Origin: Chloroflexia bacterium
GTDB lineage: Bacteria > Chloroflexota > Chloroflexia > QHBQ01 > JADMIH01
Length of the DNA stretch: 64,000 nt
NCBI GenBank assembly: GCA_036399775.1
Contig: DASWMJ010000009.1
Location: 3,866 to 67,865, forward strand
Reading direction: 5' to 3'
Shown here one piece after another: positions 18,827 through 29,009 of this stretch. The position numbers were made by a program, and so were the translations under genes. Numbering within the stretch: the stretch's first letter is position 1; each line of letters starts with the position of its first letter. The notes under the pieces are model-generated. The model did not search any database. It worked only from the letters and a program-made list of their open reading frames with translations, and was not told where the DNA came from.

Positions 18827-19372
18827 TCAGCTGGGGCTGCTGGAGGAGACGGCGGGTTGCATGCCCGGCAGGTAGATGAGCCATTCATCGAGCGGGCCGG
18901 TCTCCATGTAGCGATAGACCATGTGGTAGATATTGGCGCGCGGCTCGCGGGGCGCGCGGGCCAGGTGCATGCGTGCTTCGGCCAGGCTCTTGCCGCCCTT
19001 GCGATGGTTGCAGCCCCGGCACGCGCTGACCAGGTTCTCCCAGGTGTGGGGACCGCTCTTGCTGCGCGGGATAACGTGGTCGAGGGTGAGGTCGCGCGTC
19101 TTCACGCCGCAGTACTGGCAGGTGTAGCTGTCGCGGATGAAGATCTCCTTGCGGCTGAGGCGGGCGCGTACGCGGGGACGCCTGATGAGGTAGGCCAGGC
19201 GGATGACCGAAGGGCAATGGATGCTGAGGGTGGGCGTATGTATTACCTGGTGGTTTAGTTCCAGCACCTCGGCTTTTCCGCCCAGCACCAGCACAAGGGC
19301 GCGCTTGACGTTGCAGACGTTCAGCGGCTCGTAATTCTGGTTCAGCACCAATACTGGAGCGTTGTACATCAT
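18827..19372 (-). CDS. HNH endonuclease
   Basis: CQYCG...LTLDHVIPRSKSGPHTWENLVSACRGCNHRKG is the canonical HNH motif. N-terminus MMYNAPVLVLNQNYEPLNVCN is typical of small standalone HNH proteins. Confidence 0.85.
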   Translation of the reverse strand: MMYNAPVLVLNQNYEPLNVCNVKRALVLVLGGKAEVLELNHQVIHTPTLSIHCPSVIRLAYLIRRPRVRARLSRKEIFIRDSYTCQYCGVKTRDLTLDHVIPRSKSGPHTWENLVSACRGCNHRKGGKSLAEARMHLARAPREPRANIYHMVYRYMETGPLDEWLIYLPGMQPAVSSSSPS

Positions 19373-19595
19373 GTTTCCCTTGCCCGTTCTAGCTCTTTCT
19401 CCTCGATGTCTACTTTAATCGGTGGTCTAACCATAAGCGTTTATGGCTACCTATGAGGATATTGTACCATGTTATATTATCGCTAGCAATCATTCCACAG
19501 AAGGACATTTCCGGCATTTCTCTCCCCCGTTACGCGCCCGCGTTAGCCCATTCTAAGATACACCAAGAATCTAGGATAGTAAGCACATCTTCTAA

Positions 19596-19710
19596 TCGCC
19601 AAGACGCCAAGACGCCAAGAATCCGCTAAGCGTCTTATTGTTTGGTTTCTCGCAGGCAGTACTATAAGCCAGATCGGATACCCCTACACAGTCTTTGCGT
19701 CTTGGCGGTT
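19596..19710. repeat. Inverted pair of heptamer arrays (CGCCAAGA type) around a ~60-bp centre
   Basis: cgccaagacgccaagacgccaaga ... tttgcgtcttggcgg. Confidence 0.6.
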
Positions 19711-19810
19711 AGTATCTATTCGACGTGCCAGCCCTGGACGTGTAGTATATAATAGTCTGTACGGCCCTTTTACCGGCCAAAGAGATATACTCGCCCAACA
19801 CGCGAACAAA

Positions 19811-19850
19811 CTGACTTCTGATTTCTAACTTCTAACTTCTAACTTCTAGC
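19811..19850. repeat. Tandem heptamer array (AACTTCT x4) immediately upstream of metG
   Basis: ctgacttctgatttctaacttctaacttctaacttctagc. Confidence 0.7.
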
Positions 19851-19855
19851 AAAAC

Positions 19856-21691
19856 ATGACAGATCACACGAACCACACCCCTGAGAAGATATTTGTAGCG
19901 GTAGCGTGGCCCTACGCAAGCGGGCCTCGACACGTGGGACACGTCGCGGGCGCGTACCTGCCTGCCGACATATTCGCGCGCTACCACCGCATGAAGGGCA
20001 ACCGCGTGCTTATGGTGTCGGGCAGCGACATGAACGGCACACCCATCACCGTCAACGCGGAGGCTGCGGGGGTCTCGCCCGCTACCCTGGCGCGGCGCAT
20101 CCACCGGCTCAACACCGAGCTATGGCACAAGATGGGCTTTACCTACGACCTCTTCACCGACACCACTACGCCCATACACCGGGAAGTGGTACAGGACTTC
20201 TTCCTCAAGCTGCACGAGAAGGGGTATATCTTCAAGGACAGCACCATCGCGCCCTTCTGTCCGGTTGACCAGCGCTTCCTCCCCGACCGCTACGTGGAGG
20301 GCACCTGCCCGCATTGCGGCTACACCAACGCGCGCGGCGACCAGTGCGACAACTGCGGGCGGCCTCTCGACCCCATAGACTTAATAGACGCGCGCTGCCG
20401 CCTCTGCGGCACCAAGCCTGAGTTTCGCTCCACCGAGCACTTCTTCCTGGACCTCCCCAAGCTGGAGAAGCCCCTCCTCGAATGGCTACAGCAGGGTAAC
20501 GAACACTGGCGGCAAAACGTCATCACTTACACCCTCAACTGGATACGCGAGGGCCTGCGTCCGCGCTCCTACACCCGCGACATCGAGTGGGGCGTGCCTA
20601 TACCGATGGAGGGGTACGAGAACAGCGGCAAGCGCATATACGTTTGGTTCGACGCGGTGAAGGGCTATGTGTCGGCTGCCGTAGAGTGGGCGCGACTTAA
20701 AGGCGACCCCGACGCATGGAAAGAGTGGTGGCTGCAAGAGAAGGGGGAGCCTCGCCCCAGCAAGTCTTACTACTTCATAGGCAAGGACAATATTACCTTC
20801 CACACTATCCTCTGGCCGAGCATGCTGATAGGCTACGGCGGCCTGATGCTGCCATACGACGTGCCCGCCAACGAGTTCCTGACGGGCGAATCGGGTGAGA
20901 AAGCCAGCACCAGCCGGGGCGGGGGCGGGGTGCCCTGGCTGCCCGACTACCTGGACCGCTACGAGCCTGACCCCATACGTTACTTCATGACGATCAAGGC
21001 CCCGGAAACGCGCGACGCTACCTTTTCGTGGGCCGAGTTCTACAGCCGCAACAACGACGAACTGGTAGCCACCTATGGCAACCTTGTCCACCGCATGCTC
21101 ACCTTCACCTCGCGCAACTTCGAGGGCGCGGTGCCCCAACCCGGCCAACTGACCCCCCAGGACGAGGCTATCCTGGCGATTGCCAGGGGCGCGTTCGAGC
21201 GCGTTGGCGAGCTGATAGCAGCGTGCCGCTTCAAGGAAGCGTTGCGGGAGGTCATGGCCGTCGCCACCGAGGCCAACCGCTACCTGGACGAAGCTGCCCC
21301 CTGGAAGGCGCTCAAGACCGACCGGGAGCGTGCGGGTACGTCCACATACGTCACCCTGTCGGTCATCAACATGCTGAAGATACTGACCGCGCCGTTCCTT
21401 CCCTTCTCGTCGCAGAAGCTCCACGAGATGCTTGGCTTCACGGGCGATGTCCACAAAGAGCGTTGGGCCGCGCCCGATCTCCCCGCAGGACAGAAGCTGG
21501 GCACGCCCGCGCCTCTCTTCATCAAGCTGGACGAGGCATTGCTTGAAGAGGAGAACGCCCGCCTCGGCCTACCCTGGCAGGACCCTGAAGGCGCGCTATC
21601 CGAAGATAAGCCCCAGGAGCGCGTAGTCATATTCGAGGGAGAGATAAGGAATCGCGAAGAACTGGGCGAGGCAGGAGAGGGCTGGAGTTGA
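19856..21691 (+). CDS. metG: Methionyl-tRNA synthetase
   Basis: HIGH-type motif PRHVGHVAG and KMSKS-like KASTSRGG. Zinc knuckles CPHCG...CDNCG...CRLCG are characteristic of MetRS; C-terminal anticodon-binding region. Confidence 0.88.
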   Translation: MTDHTNHTPEKIFVAVAWPYASGPRHVGHVAGAYLPADIFARYHRMKGNRVLMVSGSDMNGTPITVNAEAAGVSPATLARRIHRLNTELWHKMGFTYDLFTDTTTPIHREVVQDFFLKLHEKGYIFKDSTIAPFCPVDQRFLPDRYVEGTCPHCGYTNARGDQCDNCGRPLDPIDLIDARCRLCGTKPEFRSTEHFFLDLPKLEKPLLEWLQQGNEHWRQNVITYTLNWIREGLRPRSYTRDIEWGVPIPMEGYENSGKRIYVWFDAVKGYVSAAVEWARLKGDPDAWKEWWLQEKGEPRPSKSYYFIGKDNITFHTILWPSMLIGYGGLMLPYDVPANEFLTGESGEKASTSRGGGGVPWLPDYLDRYEPDPIRYFMTIKAPETRDATFSWAEFYSRNNDELVATYGNLVHRMLTFTSRNFEGAVPQPGQLTPQDEAILAIARGAFERVGELIAACRFKEALREVMAVATEANRYLDEAAPWKALKTDRERAGTSTYVTLSVINMLKILTAPFLPFSSQKLHEMLGFTGDVHKERWAAPDLPAGQKLGTPAPLFIKLDEALLEEENARLGLPWQDPEGALSEDKPQERVVIFEGEIRNREELGEAGEGWS

Positions 21692-21734
21692 ACATTGCTC
21701 TCGCGGCCAACTATTTAGCCTAGCCGCAAATCCC

Positions 21735-22100
21735 ATGTCAGAACCAAATTGGGTTGTTCGCTCCGGTATAGCGACACCAGAGCGGCTGAAGGATGGTACG
21801 AGCGAGCATAAGGCAATAGCGGGCCTATATGGTTTCTCTGTGCAATACCAACCAGGACGTAGTATCCAGGAACTTGCTGTCGCGGGCTGGTTTCCAAATA
21901 GGCACATTAGCGTTGCAACAACTGAGGACCTGATTGCTGCTGGTGAAAATGCTGGTTACAATGTGAGTGTGGTTAAGAGTCTAGGTAGAGGTTATCATCA
22001 CACAATCGAAGTACCTTACCCGATGCCGGATGATTTGGCGAGGGCGTTGAGCAGCGTATTCACTCAGATGCTCAATCCTGCACCTTTCCCGAGGCCGTGA
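21735..22100 (+). CDS. Hypothetical protein (121 aa) in an AT-richer patch
   Basis: ORF with lower GC than neighbours; no family recognised. Its stop overlaps the start region of the next small ORF. Confidence 0.4.
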   Translation: MSEPNWVVRSGIATPERLKDGTSEHKAIAGLYGFSVQYQPGRSIQELAVAGWFPNRHISVATTEDLIAAGENAGYNVSVVKSLGRGYHHTIEVPYPMPDDLARALSSVFTQMLNPAPFPRP

Positions 22101-22120
22101 CCCAAAAGGAGGCGATACCA

Positions 22121-22369
22121 ATGTGCCGAATTTCGGTTGATTTTAATACCATGATGATGGATGAGGATGAGCGGGTTCTCATCAATCTCAGCACGCACGA
22201 GGGTCTGGCCGAGCACCTATCCCCAGGATTGCGAGTCATGCTTTACGACGAAGAGCTTGAAGTAGAAGCCAACCTGGAGTTCGATGGAAAAGGTGGCATG
22301 TGGTGGGGTAGGCCCGATTGGTCCACCCGCCGCGACATATCTTACCTGGCAGACAACGTAGCTTCCTAA
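22121..22369 (+). CDS. Hypothetical small protein (82 aa), probable partner of 21735..22100
   Basis: aaaaggaggcgataccaATG gives a strong RBS. MCRISVDFNTMMMDEDERVLINLSTHEGLAEHL.... Confidence 0.4.
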   Translation: MCRISVDFNTMMMDEDERVLINLSTHEGLAEHLSPGLRVMLYDEELEVEANLEFDGKGGMWWGRPDWSTRRDISYLADNVAS

Positions 22370-22389
22370 GTGGAGGGATTTAGCGCTTT

Positions 22390-23436
22390 ATGGCTCAAGA
22401 GAAGGTTCTAATCACCGGCGGGGCGGGCTTCCTGGGTATCAACCTGATACGCTACCTGGATGCGCGCGGGTACAGTCTCGTATCGCTCGACATAGCCGAC
22501 TTCGACTACCCCGATATGAAGGACAAGATAACTATCGTCAAGGGCGACATCCGCAACGAGAAGGACGTTGAGCGGGCGATGGAGGGAGTTGACATGGTGG
22601 TGCATTGCGCCGCCGCCCTGCCGCTCTACACACCCAAAGACATCTATACGACCGACGTAGAGGGCACGCGCATGGTGCTCAAGGTAGCCCATCGCCTGAA
22701 GGTCAAGCGGGTGGTGCATATCTCCTCGACGGCGGTATACGGCATCCCCGACCACCACCCTCTATATGAGGACGACAAGCTGGAAGGGGTTGGCCCCTAC
22801 GGGCAGGCGAAGATACAGGCCGAGATGGTATGCCTCGAATACAGAGGGAAGGGGATGGTAGTGCCTATCATCCGCCCCAAGTCGTTCATCGGGCCGGAGC
22901 GCCTGGGCGTGTTCGCGCTCCTCTACGACTGGGCGCTGGATGGCCGCAACTTCCCCATGATAGGGAACGGGCGCAACCGCTACCAGCTGCTCGACGTGGA
23001 AGACCTGTGCCAGGCCATCCATCTCTGCATGACCCTGCCCGATGAGGTGGTCAATGACACCTTCAACATCGGCGCGAAGCACTTCACCACGATGAAGCGA
23101 GACTACCAAGCCGTGCTCGATTACGCGGGCAAAGGCAAGAAAATAGTTGGATTCCCGGCGGAGCCTGCCATCTGGGGCCTGCGCTTCCTGGAGATGCTGC
23201 ACGTCTCGCCCCTCTACAAGTGGGTGTACGAGACCGCCTCGAAGGACTCCTTCGTCTCGATAGAGAAGGCCGAGCGCGTGCTTGGCTATAAGCCTAAGTA
23301 CTCCAACAAGGACGCGCTGATACGCAACTTCAAGTGGTACATTGAGAGCCGCCACAAGTTCGAGTCGCAGTCGGGCATCTCCCACCGCGTACCCTGGAAG
23401 CAAGGCGCGCTTGGCCTCCTCAAGAAGGTATTCTAG
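22390..23436 (+). CDS. NAD-dependent epimerase/dehydratase (SDR superfamily)
   Basis: Rossmann motif VLITGGAGFLGINLIRYL. YxxxK within ...GPYGQAKIQAE.... Confidence 0.85.
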   Translation: MAQEKVLITGGAGFLGINLIRYLDARGYSLVSLDIADFDYPDMKDKITIVKGDIRNEKDVERAMEGVDMVVHCAAALPLYTPKDIYTTDVEGTRMVLKVAHRLKVKRVVHISSTAVYGIPDHHPLYEDDKLEGVGPYGQAKIQAEMVCLEYRGKGMVVPIIRPKSFIGPERLGVFALLYDWALDGRNFPMIGNGRNRYQLLDVEDLCQAIHLCMTLPDEVVNDTFNIGAKHFTTMKRDYQAVLDYAGKGKKIVGFPAEPAIWGLRFLEMLHVSPLYKWVYETASKDSFVSIEKAERVLGYKPKYSNKDALIRNFKWYIESRHKFESQSGISHRVPWKQGALGLLKKVF

Positions 23437-23486
23437 CTCGCCTGGCATACTGAACGGCGTTTGCCGACAAGCGTAAAATTCTTAGT

Positions 23487-23536
23487 TCAAAAATAATAAA
23501 ATGGGCGGCGCAGCTGCCCATTTTATTATTTTTGAA
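23487..23536. terminator. Terminator-like palindrome (same core as 17359-17403)
   Basis: ttcaaaaataataaaatgggcggc gca gctgcccattttattatttttgaa. Confidence 0.6.
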
Positions 23537-23597
23537 CATCCCTCTTTAACACGGAGGGCTGTAGTGGAGCGCTCGTAAGCATGAGGCGAGCACGAAG

Positions 23598-26243
23598 CTA
23601 TTTGGTAGGGCTTGCAGCCTCACAGGTTGGGAAGAAGGTATTTGTTACGATCTTCGACACCTGGCCCCTGGTGGCATTGTTGTTTACGCGGAAGTAGGGT
23701 TTGTTGTCTGAGCCGCATGGCTCTCCCTCCCCGCCACAGTTGTAGCCGCCCATGATGCCGCGAATAGCCAGCCTCTGCACCCAATCGTAGAAGCTGCTGC
23801 CGGGCGGTACATCCTCGAATATCTGCGTGCCAGCCGGTTCGTTGTAACCCGCCGCGTTGGAGACTATCTTGGAGATTTGCCCCCTGGTGGCGTTGTTGTT
23901 CGTGCGGAAGTAAGGCTTGTCGTCCGAGCCGCACGGCTCGCCCTCTCCACCGCAAGCGTACCCGCCCATGATGCCGAGGTTGGACAGCCTATTTATCCAG
24001 GTGTAGAAGGTGCTGCTGAGCGGCACGTCCTCGAATATCTGTGGGCCGGGGTCCGCGTCGAAGCCCGCCGAGTTGGACACTATCTTGGCTAACTGGCCCC
24101 TGGTTATCGAGTTGTTGGGGCGGAAGGTGTTGTCGCCATACCCACTGATGACATCCTGGGTTGCCATGCACTCGATGAAGGAGTAGAAGGTATTGGTGGT
24201 GGGCACGTCATAGTAGCGTTGGCCCGGCCCCAGCGGGTCATATCTTATGATAGTGCTTCTACTCCCTACAATCCAGCCTCCACGTCCCGGTACGAGAGAT
24301 ATACCATTTAATTCAGACTGGGTAGGCGGATAACCTTCTGAGCGCCATTCCCCGCCTACGTTGTGGTATGCCCAGCCTCCAATGCCCCATGCTTCACCGA
24401 GAGCTTCCGCCGATAGGCTGTAGATGCTGCTACCCCCCTCGATGTTGGTATCTACCGTCCATACTCCGCCGCTTAATCGTAGCACCCCGCCCCCGCCATT
24501 CGAACTTGTGCCGGCTGCCCAGCCCGCCGTTCCATCTGGTGCCAGCAAAATATCGCGCAGGTGCGGAGCGTTTGCAGGCAGGCTTGAGCTGCGGTCTACC
24601 CAGTTGCCTCCGGTATACTCCAACAAGACCGGAACATAGTTCTCAGGTAAAGGTACGAAATCATACCCCACTGCCCAGCCGTGGGATGGGGAGTCCATCG
24701 CCACCGCGTAGAGGTCTCGTGTGGTTGGGCTAGCCACAGTGCTCCATGTTCCACCGGAGGCGTGCCAGATAGCTCCGTTCTCCCCCACAACCCAGCCCTC
24801 TCCACTGCCTAGCATGTACACCCCATGTAAAGGTGCAGGGGAACTTATTACTTTCGTCCAATAGGTGCCGTCCCATTTCAGGACCCCATCAACCCCTACC
24901 GCGTAACCATCAGTGGGAGAAATCATTTGTACGTCATATAGTGCGTTGATAGACAGGGACGTAACGGGTTGCCACGTGCCACCCGTATAATGCAAGATGC
25001 TGCCAAGCTCACCGACTGCCCAGGCATCATCTGTGCTGAGAGTAAAAACAGAATAGAGATCGCTGGTGACTGGGCTGCCGCGCTCCCGTGGCCAAAATCC
25101 AGTGCCGTGGCGGCTCAGGATGATGTCCGCCTCGCCGACGGCCCAGACCTGCCCCGCTACGCCTGACACATCGAAGATACGCGTTCCGCCGATGTCGTCG
25201 TCAAGGCTCCAACTCGTACCGTCCCAGCGCAATATCGTATAGGGCGTCACCACCCAACCCTGCGAGGAGTCAAGCATGAACAGGGAGGTCGGGTCTGTGC
25301 CGTGCTCGGGTATCGCGAAGGAACTCCATGTGCCGCCACTATAACGATACAGTTTATCCGTGTTGTCCGTGTCATAGCCTGTGAACCATATATCCGTCGG
25401 TGAGGCTACTGAAAGTTCAATTAATCTACCTACGTCAGCCAGCACGGCTACGGAAGACCACGTTCCCGCGTTGTAGTGGTACAAGACAGGTGTGGTTGGC
25501 GCGCCCCCACCTGGGTAGTCGAAGCCGACCGCCCAGCCGTCGGTGGCACTTGCCATCTTGATATCGGTGAAGTGAGTAGTAAAGGGGATCGCCGGCCCTG
25601 CTGCCGTCCAGCTACTGCCATCCCAATGTGCTATCCTACCGCAACAGTTTGTGCGTGGGTTGTAAAGATACCCCAGGCCCCACACGTCATCTGCGGATAC
25701 TGCGGAGACGTAATTGACATAGAGAGCGTCAGGACCGAGACCCTGGCTCTTCTCCTGCCATACGCTGCCGTTGTACTGGAAGGCCTTGTACCCGGTCACG
25801 AGCCACCCGCTGCTCGATGACACCATATCAATGTCTTTTATAAACTCGCCGCGCATATCAGTTGGGTCAACTTCGATCCAGGAGCCGCCCGTGTAATGCA
25901 GCAGATGACCATATTCACCGCCAGCCCATGCGTCTGTGCTTGACACTGCGCTGACTGTGTTCAGATCAGGATAGAGGTTAGTCCAGTTGCCTACGGTGAC
26001 GGCCTCCGGCCCGTTCCTGTTGTCCGCGCCCGGCTGGCAAGACGTGGGCATGGCTGGCGGGGTAGAAGGCTTTTGTCCTACCCCTTTATCCGTCCTAGGA
26101 GCGGACCACGCGCTGGTGCTCGCGGTCAGCATAGCCAACAGCAAAATCAGCGTAAACCCGATACCAGCCGTAAGCCATCTACTCTCACGTCGCATACCAG
26201 GGTGGTGCCTGTCGGACCGCCGCATGAAGAAATATGCAAACAC
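23598..26243 (-). CDS. Cell-surface beta-propeller repeat protein with three C-terminal SLH-like domains
   Basis: Signal peptide (true start probably MRRESRWLTAGIGFTLILLLAMLTAS, ~26195). A GGTW/DGTSW-type motif recurs every ~45 aa. Three C-terminal repeats F.DVP....FY.WI.RL...GIMGGY.CGGEGEPCGSD.KPYFR.NNN.TRGQ.SKIV match the SLH consensus with a Cys-containing loop insertion. Confidence 0.75.
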   Translation of the reverse strand: MFAYFFMRRSDRHHPGMRRESRWLTAGIGFTLILLLAMLTASTSAWSAPRTDKGVGQKPSTPPAMPTSCQPGADNRNGPEAVTVGNWTNLYPDLNTVSAVSSTDAWAGGEYGHLLHYTGGSWIEVDPTDMRGEFIKDIDMVSSSSGWLVTGYKAFQYNGSVWQEKSQGLGPDALYVNYVSAVSADDVWGLGYLYNPRTNCCGRIAHWDGSSWTAAGPAIPFTTHFTDIKMASATDGWAVGFDYPGGGAPTTPVLYHYNAGTWSSVAVLADVGRLIELSVASPTDIWFTGYDTDNTDKLYRYSGGTWSSFAIPEHGTDPTSLFMLDSSQGWVVTPYTILRWDGTSWSLDDDIGGTRIFDVSGVAGQVWAVGEADIILSRHGTGFWPRERGSPVTSDLYSVFTLSTDDAWAVGELGSILHYTGGTWQPVTSLSINALYDVQMISPTDGYAVGVDGVLKWDGTYWTKVISSPAPLHGVYMLGSGEGWVVGENGAIWHASGGTWSTVASPTTRDLYAVAMDSPSHGWAVGYDFVPLPENYVPVLLEYTGGNWVDRSSSLPANAPHLRDILLAPDGTAGWAAGTSSNGGGGVLRLSGGVWTVDTNIEGGSSIYSLSAEALGEAWGIGGWAYHNVGGEWRSEGYPPTQSELNGISLVPGRGGWIVGSRSTIIRYDPLGPGQRYYDVPTTNTFYSFIECMATQDVISGYGDNTFRPNNSITRGQLAKIVSNSAGFDADPGPQIFEDVPLSSTFYTWINRLSNLGIMGGYACGGEGEPCGSDDKPYFRTNNNATRGQISKIVSNAAGYNEPAGTQIFEDVPPGSSFYDWVQRLAIRGIMGGYNCGGEGEPCGSDNKPYFRVNNNATRGQVSKIVTNTFFPTCEAASPTK

Positions 26244-26357
26244 GCTATGCCTTCATCTTTCTTTAGATGCCGAGATCGTACACGTTCATATATACTGCGT
26301 TGCAGCAGATATGCGCTAATTCCGGCCAGGTGCGTTGATAATGCCGTGCTGATCCCA

Positions 26358-26398
26358 AGCGGGCGCTAATCAGATTTACTATCTGATTAGCGCCCGCT
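26358..26398. terminator. Terminator-like hairpin downstream of 26482..28536
   Basis: agcgggcgctaatcagat / atctgattagcgcccgct, an 18-bp stem. Confidence 0.5.
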
Positions 26399-26481
26399 GA
26401 AGTCTGAATAGCACTAAGAATTGTACCAATAAGAAGCCGGACGTTGCAAGTCGTTTCCTTATTGATAGCGAATAGTTGCGT

Positions 26482-28536
26482 CTATGGTTCTGTAGCTAAG
26501 ACACACGCCGGGAAGAAGGTAGCTGCCGCTATCTTGGCGGTCTGGCCTCGCGTCACGTCGGCGTTGGGGCGGAAATATGGGCGGTTGGCGGGTGGCACGC
26601 ACGGCTCGTCCTGCGTGCCGCAACGGTAGCCCCCGATGCTGCCATGCGCAGACAAGCGCTCTATCCAGACGAAGAAAGCGTGAGAAGCAGGCACATCCTG
26701 GAAAGTCTGCTCGGTATGCGGCTCGTTGTACCCGGCGGCGTTGGAGATGATCTTGGCAAGCTGGCCCCTGGTGGTGTCGTTGTATGGCCGGAAGTATGGC
26801 TTGTTGTCAGGGGCTATGCACGGCTCCCAGTAAAGCCTGCCGCATGGGTAGCCACCCAGGATGCCTCTGCGAGCCAGCCTGTTTATCCAGGGATAGAAGC
26901 CATCATATACGCCTACATCCTGGAAAATAGCCGGCCCCGGATCGTCGTTCAGCCCGGCGGCGCTTGCAACTATCTTGGCGATCTGGCCCCGCGTGATGTC
27001 GGTGTTGGGTCGGAAATAGGGGTCGTTGTTGATATTGCAAGGCTCATTCGGGTACCCGCATTGGTACCCGCCTACGATGTTTCTGCATGCAAGATAATGT
27101 ATGTAGGGATAGAAGACATTGCTGGGCGGCACGTCGGTGAAGCGCGTCTGACAGTCGTTCGTTGTGCTGGTGTAGTGCTGGATGAGGGTCCGAGGCTCGT
27201 AGTCATAGCTGTAGCCGCTGGCCCGCCCTACCGCCCATACGTCGCCGGGGGCGATTACTACGACTGAAGAAAGGTAGTTGTAGGTCACAGGCCCGAAGTC
27301 CGGAGTGGGCACGATGCTCCACGCCTGCCCATCCCAATGTGCGGAGATAGAGCGCGGCCAGTAGTAATAGCCACCTGCGCGTCCCACGGCCCATATATCG
27401 TCCGCCGAGCGTGCATCTACCCATAGGAACTGGTAGTCCTCTTCGGTGGGCACCGGCACGGGCACCGCCTCAAAGGCGCTCCCGTCCCAATGGAGAGACA
27501 ATGGCCTGTACACTCCCCTGTTGTCTATATAATATCCTACAGCCCACACGTTATCGGCGGAGACTGCATCAATGGAGAGCGCCAGGTTGTCCGTCGATCC
27601 CACGTTGGGGCTTGGCACGACGCTCCATGCCAGGCCATCCCAATGCATCGCCAGAGTCCTGAGCAGATCGTCCGTGCTGATGGAGAAGCCCACCGCCCAG
27701 ATGTCGCTTGCTGAAATGATAGCCAGGTCGTGCAGCGCGTTGCCTTCCGGCCCAGTGTTGGGGCTGGGCACTACAGTCCACGCCTTCCCCTGCCAGCGCA
27801 TCGTCAAGGTCTGCCCAACGCCCACGTCATCTATGTAATACCCAACCGCCCACACGTCGTCCGCCGTTACGGCTTGCACGGAAAGCAATTCGTTATCCCG
27901 CAGTGGGGTGGTGTTCGGGCTAGACAAGATCTCCCACTGCGTACCATTCCAATGCTCAACAAGCGTCTGGGCCACGCCAAAGTCGTTGAGGTAATAGCCT
28001 ACCGCCCACACGTCATCCTCAGCGACGACATCCACAGACAGCAGGTGATTATCATCAAGTCCAACATTTGGGCTGGGCACGATGGTCCACTGGGTGCCGT
28101 CCCACCGCTCAACTAACGTGCGGAGCACGAAGGTGCTGTCTTCACGGTCCGCGTGCCCGCGCTTCAACGATTGCCACTTCTCCAGCTCGGTCTGCCGTTC
28201 GTGATGCGAGCCGTTGCTCCCCATGTAGTAGCCAACCGCCCACAACTCGTCTGCTGATACGGCGTCCACGCTATAAAGCTCGTTCGGCCCCTCCTCAGCG
28301 TTGGGGCTGCTGACCACGTACCAAACGGATGGGCAGGTAGCGGTTCCGATCGTGGTCGCAGGCGCACCGCCTGGCGCGTCGCTCTTGATTGGCTCAGTGT
28401 ATGGTTGGGGTTGCGGCCCCTTGCCTTTGGCCGCGACCTTCCCGCCATCCCCTGCGGAATAGCTATTGCTGGCCGTGAGCATTGCCCCTGCCGCCAACAA
28501 CATAAATGTCCCTACCAGTATGATGAGACTCTTCAT
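26482..28536 (-). CDS. Paralogous cell-surface beta-propeller protein with three C-terminal SLH-like domains
   Basis: Signal peptide MKSLIILVGTFMLLAAGAMLTAS. Repeats D.VWAVGYY...W.G..W; the same Cys-loop SLH-like C-terminal triplet as 23598..26243. Confidence 0.8.
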   Translation of the reverse strand: MKSLIILVGTFMLLAAGAMLTASNSYSAGDGGKVAAKGKGPQPQPYTEPIKSDAPGGAPATTIGTATCPSVWYVVSSPNAEEGPNELYSVDAVSADELWAVGYYMGSNGSHHERQTELEKWQSLKRGHADREDSTFVLRTLVERWDGTQWTIVPSPNVGLDDNHLLSVDVVAEDDVWAVGYYLNDFGVAQTLVEHWNGTQWEILSSPNTTPLRDNELLSVQAVTADDVWAVGYYIDDVGVGQTLTMRWQGKAWTVVPSPNTGPEGNALHDLAIISASDIWAVGFSISTDDLLRTLAMHWDGLAWSVVPSPNVGSTDNLALSIDAVSADNVWAVGYYIDNRGVYRPLSLHWDGSAFEAVPVPVPTEEDYQFLWVDARSADDIWAVGRAGGYYYWPRSISAHWDGQAWSIVPTPDFGPVTYNYLSSVVVIAPGDVWAVGRASGYSYDYEPRTLIQHYTSTTNDCQTRFTDVPPSNVFYPYIHYLACRNIVGGYQCGYPNEPCNINNDPYFRPNTDITRGQIAKIVASAAGLNDDPGPAIFQDVGVYDGFYPWINRLARRGILGGYPCGRLYWEPCIAPDNKPYFRPYNDTTRGQLAKIISNAAGYNEPHTEQTFQDVPASHAFFVWIERLSAHGSIGGYRCGTQDEPCVPPANRPYFRPNADVTRGQTAKIAAATFFPACVLATEP

Positions 28537-29009
28537 GGCACAGCACTCCTTCGCTATTCCTTTGTCATGTGTGTAGTTTATGCCTTCGGAAGGCCGGTTG
28601 TAAAGTTATGCACGGTCGGAATGTTCACAGCTAATAACGAACTGCTCTACATGGAGTTGCGCATCCTGCCGTTGTGAAGTTATGCCTTCCTGATCTACTC
28701 TGAAAGTAGCCACTCGGACACTCACCGAGCCGCTCAGGAGTAAGCGCTCACGTTTGAGGTAGGGGCGACCCGGTGGGTCGCCCTGGCGGGGTTAGCGTAC
28801 CATGCTTATGTGCTACCCCAACTAGGGCGACCCGGCGGGTCGCCCCTACGGAAACATTCCTTTATCCCTATTCTAAACAGTTACGCTTAGGAAAGTTATT
28901 CACATACAACAGAGTAAAATTACTATTGGCACAGGCCACGCGTTGTGGTATGATTGCAAGACCTGACTTTCGTTTCCTCTTGAGTCACTAACCACAGGTT
29001 GATTATTGC

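Noticed and set aside
20486-21454. Long antisense ORFs inside metG (20486..21454), serS (17595..18479), ftsK (4666..5328, 3177..3752), the epimerase (22762..23448), the oxidoreductase (33150..33842), the ABC-2 permease (34624..35631) and the recombinase (12821..13462)
   Set aside because: These are open frames on the opposite strand of well-supported genes in high-GC DNA. Their products are Arg/Pro/Gly-rich and lack motifs, so they are treated as frame artefacts.
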